Of a DNA stretch of 64,000 nt, positions 37,265-51,008 are shown piece after piece (the stretch's first letter is position 1; each line of letters opens with the position of its first letter). The notes beneath the pieces are model-generated. The model was not told the DNA's origin and did no database searches. It saw only the letters and a program-made list of their open reading frames with translations. Location: assembly GCA_043228905.1 (NCBI GenBank), contig JBHGNT010000014.1, positions 2,542,001-2,606,000 of the forward strand. The letters are read 5' to 3'. The stretch is from Azolla caroliniana (lineage: Eukaryota > Plantae > Polypodiophyta). Both the position numbers and the translations under genes were made by a program.

Positions 37265-38256
37265 ATATGTCAAAACTCCAAGAATGTACGACACTCTCCA
37301 CAACAGAGGCCGAATACATAGTTGTGTCTAAAGCAGCAAAAGAAGTTATCTGGCTACAACGATTGATGGCCGACTTTTCGGCTGAAAGTCAAATCGTCCA
37401 ACTTGCTTCGGCCTTGCATTGCGACTCATAGAGCACAATTCACCTTGCGCAAAACCTCGTTTATCATCCAAAGACAAAGCACATATAGGTGAGGTATCAT
37501 CATATTTGAGAGCTTGTCATCGACAAGAAGCTCGAAGTCCGAAAATTTGATACCAAGGTGAACATCGTAGATTGCCTAAGAAAGCCGCTCCCATATCACT
37601 ACTTTAGAGCACTAAGGACGCAAATGGGATTGTGCAAGCTAAAGAAAACAAGATAGCAAAATTGAAAGAAGGAAAAGAAAGGTTGAATGACCCGATGTAG
37701 TTGAATAAGGTCAAGGGACAAATGAGCTAAATCAAGCATTGGCCGACGAGCCAAAAGGCTGAATGACTGAAAGGGCCGAAGGGCCAAAGGACCGAAGGAG
37801 CTGACTCGACCACTCTCGATTCTGATAAGTCTTTCATAGCTTGTTAATTGTTTAAATTGTATTGTATTTAAGTTTACGAGGGAGATTACCCCTAGATTAT
37901 TGTAACAATATGAGTAGTCCTTTTACGAGGGAGTTTGTTGGCCTAAAAGTCCTACTTATGACCGTTGAGACTCTAGTGTGAAATTTCCCTTGGAGTTAGG
38001 GCTTAGTTCCCTCTTGTATAACTAAGAGGAATTCCTCCTTGTACAATATGACGAATGTTAATACAAATCTTCTCTTTGCCATAACTGTGTAATTGTCTTT
38101 CTCTGTATACTTTCTATATATGTTTTATTCTTGATACTACATAGATCCTCCCGCTTACTCTAAATCTTGCTTGTTCCTCAACAAGATCCATACTTGCTTC
38201 CGCACAAGCATATTCTAGTCGACCACATAGGACCAAAGACACAAATAGTTCTAACA
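37265..38256 (+). mobile_element. Copia 3' relic: RNase H, PPT and LTR
   Basis: The peptide LSTTEAEYIV..KEVIWL..HCDS..KTKHI is present, followed by GAGGGAGTT and then TGTTGG (37936) to CTAACA (38256). Confidence 0.7.
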
Positions 38257-38295
38257 TTGAGGCTCCAAACGTCTATGTCCTCCTGGTCTTTGCAT

Positions 38296-38359
38296 CCTCC
38301 CTAGTCAAAGAACCCCATGGTTCCACTCGAGTAACACATGCACGCGCGTTTACACAACA
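38296..38359 (+). repeat. Degenerate relic of a family X LTR 3' end
   Basis: CTCCCTAGTCAAAGAACCCCATGGTTCC...CATGCACGCGCGTTTACACAACA resembles the X sequence CTCCCTAGTCCAAGACCCCCGTGGTCCC...CACGCGCGTAACAACGCGACA. Confidence 0.6.
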
Positions 38360-38869
38360 ACGGCCACCAAGATCCTTGCCCCGAAAAGGACACCATTCGA
38401 CATACAAATACCATGTAACAAATTTCTAACATATACAGTATACTTTTATGACATGTATACAATCACATATGTGTATACATATGACCAAATATGTATATAT
38501 AAAAGAATCATTGATGAAACATAAACCAATGAATGATGTAATCAATTATCAATATATGTAATTGAGGCACGTTGCCGCTGCGCACACTCAACATCCAAAA
38601 AATAAGAGTGAATATAATCTACAATTAATGTTTTGACCACTTGCACATACGACACACATTGCATATCAAACACATGGCAATTGCGGTATTCACATCATAC
38701 GCATACATAACATACGTATATTTTATACGAAACAAACTATTACCAATACAACACAATTGAATAATCTACATTTTAACGTATCGAATTAAACATGATTGAG
38801 AATAGGAGAAGAAAGAATAGGATAAAAAATATATATTATTAATAAAATAAGGAAATAGCAAAGTTCCTC

Positions 38870-39516
38870 TGTTGGTAACTTTCTAAATCAATGCTCAAAC
38901 GAACATCAATCAACAACCATCTGAAAGAAACCAACATCAACAAAAGAAACATTAGAAAGTCCCTCTAATACCATATGTTAGAGATTATTTATAATATAAG
39001 CATAAGATAAGAAATAGATGATAGATACTCAAGAGAAAGAGAGAGAAAGAAGGTGTCAATACACTTAACCACCCCCAAGCAAAGGGATCTAGAGGAACTT
39101 GAGCCTTGATCGACATCCCATACCATCGGCATGGCATCGAGTCGTACCTGATATTGGCACGCTCTCGCCACAAGCATCTATTCACCACAAGGTCACAGTC
39201 TCCACATAGTTGAATAATGTCTTAATGAGGATAGCTAGGCCTCATATTTATAGCAAGACCTAAACCCCCCATGCAATTTCACACTTGGCCCTTATGGGTT
39301 GTCTCAATACATAGGATTAAAAGTAAGCCTCCCTTCTTTACACTCTCGATTACCCCTAACAATTTTATCCTCGTGTGTAGAATATTACGATGAAAACTAC
39401 CACGAGATAAATTATGGTCATGCTCGTAACAGTTACATCTCTCTTTTATGCTTTCTATTGCTTACAACCAAGATCCCTAATATTTTGGTAGGGATGCCAC
39501 ATATTGATCCCTAAAT
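38870..39516. mobile_element. Possible old solo LTR
   Basis: Starts TGTTGG and is flanked on both sides by TTCCTC, with an internal TATTTATAG. The right terminus is degenerate. Confidence 0.4.
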
Positions 39517-39658
39517 TCCTCTTACATGTGTAAGGCTTGTCAATATCATATAACCGAACTACCCTATCTTCACATGTTTAGTCCATTTATAGCCTACACC
39601 TAAACTTGGATGATAGTTAATGAAAGGTGGCTAGTTAAAATTAGAAGACACGCACACA

Positions 39659-39671
39659 TGTGAGTGAGTGA

Positions 39672-39727
<56 letters not shown>
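39659..39727. repeat. (TGAG)n/(TG)n microsatellite
   Basis: Seen directly. Confidence 0.95.
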
Positions 39728-39734
<7 letters not shown>

Positions 39735-42560
39735 AGAGAATGTGCTTTTGTATTAATCTCATAGAGTTGTGCATCATGTGACATGTTATCCACGAAGTTA
39801 AGACATAGAAGAGTTTTATATCATTGCCTAAATGGAATATTAAACTCATTGTTGTACTTTATGCATTACATGTGGGCACGGTCAACATTAGAACATTTTC
39901 ACGTATGCAAAGATAAGATTCTCTAAGGTATGTCATAAAAAGATGATTGAAAACATACTGTTTATTATCAATAACATTGATGTTATGTATGTTAAATTTG
40001 GAGTGACACCTACCTGAAACATTACATCTATCATTAGCAATAGCCCTTGGTTTAGCTCAAACCAAACCAAACCCTTAATACATGGTTTAACGGTTTGTAG
40101 GTTTCAAAATAATTAAATGGTTTGGGTTGGTTTGAAAATATTATAAAATGGTTTACTCTCGTTTCAATTGTGAATAAATGATTTGGTTTTAGTTCAATTT
40201 GGTTCTCAAACTAAGGTTTATCAATTTAAGTGGCTTGATTTAATGGTTTGTGGGGTTTTACTTAATTTTTATTTCTTTAATGGTATTATGTTTAATTATT
40301 TAATTAATTTATGTTTTTTTTTCGCTTAGATTTGTAATAAAATCTTCATTTGGTTTCAACTTTTCCTTAAAACAATTTAGTTTCACCTTTCCCTAGTTTA
40401 AACAATCTGGTTTAAATAGCTTGGTAGCTCTTAAAGGTTTTATTTGGTTTTTATTGCGTATACATGATTTGTTATGGTTTAGGTAAATTTCAAAGACAAG
40501 ACACCAAACTAATCGAAACCCAATTGGGCCCATACCTATCTGAATATTGAAAGTGATAACTCTAAACAAATAGGTTATTGCATCAAGACAACCTTACAAT
40601 GCAAACTTCTATAAACTTCTCTAGGGGCTCTCAATGCTTTACAATATGATGAAAGTGTACGCTTGAACCTTTCATGCACACGAAAACTATGTATCTCTTT
40701 TGTGCTTGGTGAGACTTCCCAACCAAGACTAGCACTCTCATTTAGGTTTCATGATGGAGTATCTAACGATGATTTAGGTTTCTTTTTTATTTCATATCAT
40801 AAATGTTGGTAGGGTTCTTTCACTTTGTGTTATGATCTATCCAAGGTGCAACTTATCCAATATCCAACTAGCTGCTTTACTTGCAAACAAGAAGTATGCA
40901 AATCATGTGGTGCATTGTGTTTTGAATGAATCGATATAAATATAGTAGCCATACATTCCTTGTGCATGCAATCTAAAGTCAATTTGTTAGGTTTGTGACA
41001 TTTATTTCATTTGTCATTTCATCATATTCCTCTCGATAATATTTATTTTATTTGGTCTAACTTCTTTTCTTCTCATGATTGCATTGCACGAAACCAAAAA
41101 CACGTAGGTTATATATGGTAAAAAAACAATAGTTTTAGTTGTAAATTTCAGGCCATTAACATGTGGGCATGCGATAGAGATTTAATGTCTATTGTCTAAA
41201 CTTGTGTGTCTCCTTGTGGAGTAAGTGGGGGGCACTCTCTATTCTACTCAACATTCATATTATAATTGAAGTTTTCTCAAAAGTGGAATGCCTCATGAAG
41301 TTGTTGGCGCACAATCCAAACAAGTAATAAAATTATTCAGATGATATGCTCCCCAAGTTGTGTGTGGGCCCAAAGATAATGTGTATTATGATGTTAAAAG
41401 CCTTTGAAAAGTGATGCCCCATGCTTATGACAATAAGTGATCATCCCTTTCTTAAACAAGTTGCTTTCTAATAACCAGCATGTCATTATGTTTTTCGAAC
41501 AAACAAGGTAGGAGTGCTTACTATATATCAATGTGGTTTCCATATAATCTCTTGTTTAAATAACTTTAATCAACAATAGATCACCAAGTCAAATTTTCTT
41601 TCGATGATGAGTGTAAATCAAAAGAAAAAGAAATCAAACTATATAAAATTTATTAAAGTAATCTTCACTTTCGATGAAAATGTGGACATATGACCTTTTT
41701 TTTTTTGATTTAGATATGTATAAACTTTGAGTTGATTAACATGTCATGTTTGATTGCTTGGTCAACTGAAAGTCGAACTAATTTGCTTTAAAATGAAAAT
41801 TGTATTATGATTAATATAGTTGGCATGTTTGACAAAAATGCTCAGATTCATTACTATTTGATTAATAGTCCAAATCATCAAACTTTTGGATCAACAATCC
41901 ATTTGTTGGTTATAGATCAATTCAATTGACTTTGTTGCTCTAACTCAATGGGCTCACATTGGATGTTGCATCAACAAATGTCAATGTTGGCACTCAAGTC
42001 AAGAATGAACACAATGCATGTAGTTAGGTAGAACAAATTTGGCATGGGTCGACAACCCAATGTAGTAAGAAGTATTAACACCTTTTTTTTACCCAAACGA
42101 CCATAATACCACAACAATATACTTTCCCCATTCAAAGATTCGGCATAAAGCATTACATACACAATTATATCAAGGCATCCCAATAATATGTGAATCACAT
42201 GAATAACTCTAACCTGCCCATGGTTACGAGGTGTCAAATGTTCGGCGACAACTTTGAGAAGTAGCAATCACCTATAAACAAGTGACACTTCCCCAAGATA
42301 TATTGAATTAAAGCAACTGTCATGCATCAAACGTGGCAAGATGCGAAAGTACGAGCGCATGTATGTATGACGAAACATTCGCGGCACCACGAAGCCATCG
42401 GGGTCATCGATAGTGGGCACCTTCAAACATTATTGCGAGCAAACATCAACCTTCTTGCAAGGTCAAACACAGTCACACCGTTGATGCCAAACATAGACAC
42501 CCATCTGACGATGATGTATAGCTATAACCTTTTTCCTAATGCCAAACCAACGTTAGATGC

Positions 42561-42686
42561 TTGACTATGAAACCCAACAAGTGGCTAGTGTCTTGACTAT
42601 GATGAGACCCAACAAGTGGCAAGTTTCTTGACTATGATGAAACCCAACAAGAGGTGAGCGTTTGACTATGAACCCAAACAACTGGC
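42561..42686. repeat. Four ~32-35 bp tandem repeats upstream of the MACPF gene
   Basis: Unit is TTGACTATGA(TGA)AACCCAACAAGTGGC. Confidence 0.8.
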
Positions 42687-43286
42687 GACGACTAGTACCC
42701 ACCCCAAGACAATCATTGGATGGTACGATACAACAAAAAGAGAGGCACAAACTGCTTGACTAAAGGTTCTGTTCTGCTTTTAGCAGTAGAGGCAATGTTA
42801 CTATTTACTCTCGAGTGGGGACGACAGCAACACATCTGGCGGCTTGCTTTGAACACATCGAGTGTAACTTGACTACACAGGGGGGTCAAGATCGAGGAGC
42901 AGAGGATGGACGAATTCTTCTTCAACATGAGCATGCTAGTGAGTGATTTGATGATGAATGAATGAATGAATGAGTGAGGATGGGATGGGATGGATGGATG
43001 GGCCCCTGAGAGATATTTTCCAAGCTAAAAGAAATGTTGAAAAGTCTTGAAAGCTCCCTTGAAAAGCAAAGAATGCATGACTTGGTATAAAGGCAGGCAA
43101 GGCTACTACTACCAGTCAAGGAGAGAGAGAGAGAGAGAAGAGACAGAGAAAAGAAGCCATATCCACTCACTCATGCATGATTCATTAGATAGAGAAAGTG
43201 TAGACATTTTCTAAGTTTTGGGTTATCTTCTGCAGCTGTGTTAGGGTTACAGAGAAAACACAGAGGAGAGAAGGAGGCAGAGAAAG

Positions 43287-43317
<31 letters not shown>

Positions 43318-43343
43318 GGGAGAGAAAACTCTGCCAAGCTTCC

Positions 43344-46300
43344 ATGGCTTCTGCTTCCCAAAACGAAGCTTTCAGAATCGCCCAAAAGGCTATCCAAGCT
43401 TTAGGATGCGGATACGATGTGAGCCATGATTTATGGCTCAAGTCCTGCAAAAATCACGGGTCTCTGATAGAAATAGAAGATAATGGACCCGCTCAAGACC
43501 TCGTTTTACCGGGGAATATTGTTCTTTCAGGCGTTCCCTCTTCTGTCAAGTGCGACAAAGGAGATCGAACCAGATTCACTTCTGATGTTCTTTCATTCAA
43601 CGAGGTGGGATTTTAACCTACTTTCATTTTAAAACCCCCATTCATATATTGGTTCAGTCTTCTCATCTCTTCTTTTTTCTTGTTGTCTCTTCTTTTGTGT
43701 AGATGTCTGAGCATTTCAACCAGAATTTGTCTATAACAGGGAAGATCCCTCTTGGCCTCTTCAATTCTTCTTTCCATTTTAGTGGTTCTTGGCAGAAAGA
43801 TGCGTCGAGTGTAAAAGCACTTGCTTTTGATGAGGTATTCATCAGTCTTTACAGTGTTCAGTTACCGAGAACTCAGCTTTGCTTGAAGGAAGAAGTAAGA
43901 GCTTCACTGCCTTCTTCTTGGGATCCAGCTGCGTTAGCCAGGTACAAACTGTTTTGAGGATAATGAGTAAAAAAAACGCTGGTTAGGCCTTGTTTTTTGA
44001 GGAGAATTATGTAAAACGATGCTAATTAAACCATGTATTTGGAGGATAAACAGTAAAATTACGCATATTGATGTAAGTTATGCTATATTTTGGAGGGTAA
44101 TGGGTAAAATGATGCATTACTAAGGCAAGCAAATGGTTTTGAGGACAAATAAGTATGCTGGTGTATTATAAGCAATGGTTTTGAGGGTAATGGGTAAGGT
44201 GATGCGATAGGGAGATAAGCTGAAACATTTTGGAGGATAAATGAGTAGAACGGTGTGTTAGCATATGAAGCTACAGTGTCGTTGAGGATAAACGAATAAA
44301 ATTATGCATTAGAGATAAGAACCAACAAGGCCTCTGCTTACCAGCTATCTAATCACGCATTTGTATCTCACAATTAATATACATACATATGTATATACAC
44401 ACACACATATACTCACACACACACACACACATGCATGTGTGTGTAATAAACAGATGGAAATCTTGGCCAATAATTCCGAAATCCATAGCAAATCCCAATT
44501 AATGCTAGCATACTGTTCCAGCATATTCTTTGAAAGACCATTTTATGTGATTTATAGTAGCTGGGAATTTAGCACTTCAAAAAAAATGGGAAAGCATATG
44601 TATGCTACATATAAATGCAGCATGTTAAGCTTTTGTTCTATAGATGTAATAGAACTGGTCATAGAAATAGGATTCTCCTTCATTGTTTCAAGAGTCCAAT
44701 GATTTAGCATGAATGATGTAGTAGATTGACAGGAGATGACTGATTTCGGCAGGCCTTCCATAATTTTCTATGCTATTATTATTGTAGTTTTCCTGATATT
44801 ATTTATCCTTTGAGATTGAGTTTTAACTCACAGATATCGTCTTTCCTCAATGTTGTTTTTTATGACTTCACCATTCATATCACTTCTATTGTTCAAGTTA
44901 TGAATTCTCCTCATCACTTCTAGTATTGATTTCATTGATGCCATGTTTTGATTGAGTTCTAGCACAGAAACTAGCATACATCTCGTGTTTGATTGCAAGC
45001 GTTCTCTCTATATTGAATTATTTTTAGACTTCATCAAGGTTATCTGAAAATGAAATTGACTGGAATTGAAGTGTGGAGATCAACTATGAGCGTTGCACAC
45101 GTCTCGACTTAGTTTTAGTTTTGATGTCTAGCAAATCATTCAAAACTTTTTCCTTCCATACCTTATCCTTTGTAATTTAAAATATTGAGTGTGCTCGCAT
45201 GCATGCATGAATTTCACTACTTGTACAATGATTATCTCATATTGCTAGTCTTATTTTGCAGTTTTGTGGAGAAGTATGGTACACATATCATTGTTGGGGT
45301 GACCATTGGAGGAAAAGATGCACTTTATTTAAAACAAAACCGATCCTCGTCCTCCTCAACAGTTAAAATTCAAAATATTCTAAAAGAGAAAGCAAAGGAA
45401 AGATTCTCATCCATAGAAGGCAGGGCTTCTGGAGAGAAAAACAATTTAGTGAAGGTATCATCTTTCAGACACAAGCACATTTTTGCAGTTTATATTTTCT
45501 GTGTTTTTATATGTAATCTCCTATAATGATGTCCTTCTGGCCCATACATGCAACCTGTTGATCTTGTGTTGGTATCTATATAGCTATATATCTATCAAAG
45601 GAAGAAAGAAAGATATATTAATGCCTTTGAAGAGTCCAAAATGGCCTATAAGACCAAACAAGAGATTACATGTTAAGTTGCCATCTTATCTTTAAGATCA
45701 ACAAACCAAAATAGATCTAACTGAATAAAACGAAAGTAAAAGTAGAAGTGACTAAAAAATCTTGTTTTTGATACGTGTAAGATTTTCAAGTTAGGTAGAT
45801 TGTCATTTCTGTCTTCAAAAGATCTCCACATGGGTTGATCAGAATGGAGAGATCTCTGAAGCAAGGGAAGCACTGGCTATGGCGGGAGATAATGAACTTT
45901 ATTTGTTGATGAAAAGGGTAGCGAGATTGTGGTCCACAAGGCCGGGTTCTATCGGCGAATTGCTAGTACTTGATCTCTTGCATCCCCTTTGCAAGCACTA
46001 TGGGGCATGTGGACCTCCATGTACCTTGGTCTCTGTATGAATCTATCATCTGAAAAGTGCATGAAAGGATCTTTGTAGTAGCCCATCTTTGGGGGAAGTG
46101 GTGTGAGCCAAGTCCTTTGGGTATAAAGCTGCTGTAGATCTTGCCTCAATACCTGATTTCTTTCATCATTTGGGAGAGGTGTACAACATCAAAAGGGTGG
46201 CAAGCTCTTGATGTCGAGGCCATTGTGGTTGAACTACTGCATGATCTGTGAGTTCCATGACCCGTCTACATGTTCTGTTGTTGCCTTTGCTTCAATGCTT

Positions 46301-49183
46301 CAAATGTATTGTGTGTAATTTTTGGATGTGACATGATTCAAATCTGGTTGATGAGATACACTATCTGGAAAAATGCTACCATCATGAGGTGGATCCTTTG
46401 CTACATACTGTTCATGTCAACTTCATGACTAGTGGATACTCTATGTGTTTGGAGCCCAGATGGATTTACCTTGCATGAGGGCAGGGGTGATGATGATGTC
46501 AAATCATCATACTTTGGTATGGGGCTGTTGGAGGTATGTACGGAAGACCGATTGTGATCAATGAGATGAGGCCTAGTCCATGATGAGCATTGAGCATGGG
46601 TTCTCTCACTTTTATGGCGAGCATTGAGATGCTATGGTGTAAACCACCAAGCCAATATACACACATGTGCGCACACACGGATTTGATTGTTGTCTTTGGA
46701 TGTCAAATGTCACCCATGAGACCAGAAATATTACATTTCACGTAATACATGTTAAAGTGATTAGCGACTCTCAATGTTCAAGAACTTTTACCAATGAATG
46801 ATGCAATCAAGAGTGCACATTGTGAAACGCACACAGAGATTTTATTTTCTTCGGAGGTCAAATATGACCTATGAGACCAAAAATATTACATTTCACGTAA
46901 TACATGTGAAAGTGAGTAGCGACTTTCGATGTTCAAGAAACTTTACCAATGAACGTTGCAATCGAGAGTGCACACTGTGATATCTGCTTGATAATTGGTT
47001 TTGTCATCACATGTTGCCTAAAGCTTGTTTTGTTTAAGCTTTGGTTTACATCATCGTCATAGGTTTTGGTGGATTAGTCTTATTGTGCTGATATTCCATA
47101 CAAGAAGTTTTTTTAGCTATGAACATCAAGGTTAAAACTTTTGGAATCTTATATAAACTTAGCATCAATAATCAAGATGAATATATAAAAACCTTCATGT
47201 GTTTCATAGAAATTGCCGCCAAGATTGATAATTGATTTCTTCCCTCTCACTATCATAGTCACAAATACATAGCTAAGAATGTTATTACATCTTCTAATGA
47301 TCAGGATTAATCATTCTCATTTACAGGAGGGTGACAAACTGTCATGGATCAACGACTTTCCAATAAATCAGTTAACGCTTGACAGTGATGTATGTATCTA
47401 TCGTAATCTATGTGTATGTTTTCTTCCTTCTATCTTGGAATATAATAAATTAAGGAGTTCATGAAGGTCTCATTATACACAGGATATCACAATAGTTTTT
47501 AAGCGGAAGGGTGGGCTGGACAGTTCTCAAAGTCACAATGAATGGCTTCAAACAGTGCCTCAAGCTCCAGATGTTCTATCTATGAAATTTGTCTCCATAA
47601 CTAGTCTCTTGAATGGGGTCACAGGAACTGGTTTTCTGAGTCATGCAATAAACCTTTATCTACGTTGTATGAAACTTCATTTCAAAGTTGTTTTGAATAT
47701 TTGCATTAGTAGTACTGCTGTTTATGTATGTCCTAAACATAGACGAATGTTTTTGCACAGATAAACCACCAATAGAAGACCTTCGGAACTTTTTAGAGTT
47801 TCAATCACCGAAAGAATGGGCTCCAGCATTTGGAGACCTTCCACTTGGGCCTCCAAGGAAACAACAAGGGAACCCTTCTCTTCAGTTCAGATTGTTAGGA
47901 CCAAAGCTTCAAATCAACACAACCCCAGTAAGTATTTTGATAACCCCTTGGGTGCGGGTTGATTTTTGAAATCATGTAATCAAAGTGGATATGAAATGGT
48001 GAAATCAACTATTGTTCAGCTGATTGTATATTGTTAGGGTTATAACTCTCACATGATGCCTGGTGAATGTTGGATCCACTGTATATTTACTCATTCTTTG
48101 ATTTATTTACCTCCTTATTGTTTTCAGAAGCCTAGATTTGGAGAAAAGCTTTTGCAAAGCCTAAATATAAGGAGTTATTGAGTTAAAATAGTGTGAAGGA
48201 AAACAATTTAGAGAAGCATATCAATATATTTGCTGTGATGAATATTTTTTGTAGGATTAGATGTTTCAGATCCATTGTCCACATGTGGCTTTTGAAAAAA
48301 ACGCAAATACATGGCTGTCACTGCTTTTCTTTGTTTTTGTTTCAAATGTTATAAAGCAGCAAATGCATTGCATTGGTTGTGCACTTAATATCTTGTTTCC
48401 AAAAATCCATCGTGTACATTTCTCAGCGAATATTTTAATGTGATTTGTTTTTGCATATTTTCATAGGTCATCATAAAGAAGCGTCCAGTCACAGGAATGA
48501 GATTGTATCTAGAAGGTGTAAAAGGCAACAGGCTAGCAATCCATCTCCAGTATCTGACTGTGTTGCCACAAATACTTCAACCCTTATGGGATGATGAAAA
48601 AGAAGACAAAGGCAAGCAAGGTGGAGAAGAGGAATGGGTAGGGCCAGAGGAAGGATTTAGCCGCTATTTTGAGCCGGTGATGTGGAAGAGCTTTTCACAT
48701 GTGTGCACTGCACCGATTCAAATTGCTGATCCATGGGATGGCGAATCAAAGGCCCCGGCATCAATAGTAACTGGTGCCCAACTCTATGTAGAAGAGCATT
48801 CATCGAAGAAGGTTCTTTTCCTCAAATTACACTATTCGAAAATCCCAAAGGCCAGGATCCGAAAATCTGATTGGGAACACACCCCATCATCGCAACAAAA
48901 ATCGGGGATATTTAGCTCACTATTGAGTGGAAATTTCTCTACTCAACAAGCACCATCGGTGACTAAGCCGATCCTAGTGAACTCAGCCATCTATCCTGAT
49001 GGGCCGCCTGCTAGTAAAAGCCATGCTCCCAAGCTCTTGAAACTAGTGGATACGAGTGAGATGACACGAGGTCCCCTTGACCAACCTGGACATTGGCTTG
49101 TCACTGGGGCAAAGCTCAATGCTGAGAGTGGTAAAATTGGTGTGCATGTTAGATATTCGCTCCTAATCTACGACAATGAATGA
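43344..49183 (+). CDS. Plant MACPF-domain protein (NSL1/CAD1-like group), 7 exons, about 607 aa
   Basis: GT-AG exons at 43344-43604, 43703-43941, 45262-45454, 47327-47389, 47483-47666, 47761-47927 and 48467-49183 splice in frame (1824 nt). Motifs include ALGCGYD, CDKGDRTR, WDPAALA, YGTHIIVGVTIGGKD, LYLRYKPPIEDL..FLEFQ and RGPLDQPGHWLVTGAKL. Confidence 0.92.
43950..44330. repeat. Degenerate ~45-50 bp tandem repeat in MACPF intron 2
   Basis: TTTTG(G)AGG(A/G)TAATG(A/G)GTAAA recurs about 8 times. Confidence 0.65.
46668..46980. repeat. About 155-bp tandem duplication in MACPF intron 3
   Basis: Two copies of ATGAGACCA.AAATATTACATTTCACGTAATACATGT...GAGTGCACA.TGTGA. Confidence 0.85.
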
Positions 49184-50110
49184 GAAGAGAAAATGCATTT
49201 TACTATTACAATTATTTTTACGGATTGCAATATCTCTTCACCTCCGGGTGTGCGCTTCTATGTATAGATATTATCATACACAAGATGACTTCGAAACGAA
49301 AAAGGGAGGATAAGCTCTTAGTTACTGGTGTTTGCTTGTCGATTACCATCCTACACATTGTAATTTAACCTGCTTTATTTAAGATTTTGTCGATGAAATG
49401 GAACAGAATGAGCGTAGAAGTGATCAATGATTAATACAAATTGTTGTACTATATACTTGACTATGAATCTGTAGACAATTTTTTGGTTCAAGGCTATTGT
49501 TATTAGCCTTTTTGTGTATGTCTGAAACATGAGATTCAGTTGTGTCAATGGGATGTTGGAAGTTGTCATCTTTAAATTCAATATGGTAATAGTTTTCCCA
49601 AACTGAGAAATCACATCAGGCTTTGTCTGCTTCTTTGAATTCATGATTTTTTATTCAAACAAATCTGAAGATACTTCATTATTTTTCAAAATTTGAACAG
49701 TCACTTTGTGTGAAATTGGATCATGTTTAGCCTGGTCAGTTATGGAGATTGTTTTGTCATCAACACAATACTTCTTTCAAGGTTTAGCATTACATGCATT
49801 GCTTGCGATGAACGTGAAGTTGTGAAATTATTTAACTTTTGAATTTAGCATTTAAGATAGTGTACGACGGAGTAGTAAATGCAACGAAATCAAGATTCTT
49901 GAAAGTGATGAAAAGCATAGTTTCATCAAGAAACATAACATTTTTTCAATGTATAGGTGACAATGTATTTTCTCTTTCTATCCTGCCCTTGTTAGGCTTA
50001 TCACCATGAAACACTTTTGAGGAGCTTACATTTGGCCCTTGTTTGAGTATAGGTGTTACAATGTATTTTCTCTTTCTATCCCTCTCAATGATTCGAGCGG
50101 GATGTAAACA

Positions 50111-50112
<2 letters not shown>

Positions 50113-50165
<53 letters not shown>
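50113..50165. repeat. (CA)n microsatellite
   Basis: Seen directly. Confidence 0.95.
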
Positions 50166-50167
<2 letters not shown>

Positions 50168-50977
50168 ATGTACTCATGCACATATATACATACATATTTT
50201 ATACACCTCTTAGTTATGACCTTGTTATATCTCCTAAAAACCGTTTCCATTGTAGTCCATCCAATTTGTATGCAAGAAAGGCTACATGATAATCAAGGGT
50301 ATACATTTTTTTTAAACTACTTAAAAAGGATAAGCAATCAAATGGGGCAGGGTGGTCTAGAACAACAATTCGAAAAACATATTTCAAAAGTATGAATACA
50401 ACTAGTATTTCCAGGTAATTATTAAAATGATTAGATCCACTCAAAGACATACTTGTACGCCCTCAAAATAACACTTTTCCAAATTTCCAGAAACGGCAAT
50501 ATTGAGAAGTTGTTGCTTATATATCTAACTAATGTAGACAAGCTTCTAATGAGTTTGCAACAAGAAGCCGATGCGTTATAACATGTCTCCTTTGTCCAAA
50601 CATAAATGATCGATTCCGCACTTGTAAATCTTCAGTTGGATTCCAATTGGGAGTAAAAAATAAGAACTCTATTCGCACTCAATAAACCCTCCACGACACA
50701 CTTTTAACTCATAAGCTAATATCGAGTATTCTGTGAGCTGGGTTACTACCATTGGGTTGGGTTATTGGTGAGAGTCACAAGGGCAAAGATGGGTTAATTA
50801 GTGACAAAGGCTGGTCAGAGCCAAGTTACTAGCAAGGCGTGTAATTTTTTGTATAATGATTTGACGGTGCATATTGCACACACCCTTCGAAACGTGCCGT
50901 CCATCGCCATGCCTCTTTATGATTTGGTAGCAAATAGTCACAAACATACATACATACATGCATACATGCATAACACA

Positions 50978-51008
<31 letters not shown>

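Noticed and set aside
40044-40530. MITE-like element rich in AAACC/GGTTT
   Set aside because: Terminal inverted repeats and a TSD could not be defined.
42561-42686. CRISPR-like appearance of short repeats
   Set aside because: The units are adjacent with no unique spacers, there are no cas genes, and the context is eukaryotic.
45780-46600. Possible decayed LINE or other TE fragment in MACPF intron 3
   Set aside because: The composition looks coding-like, but no diagnostic motif could be identified.
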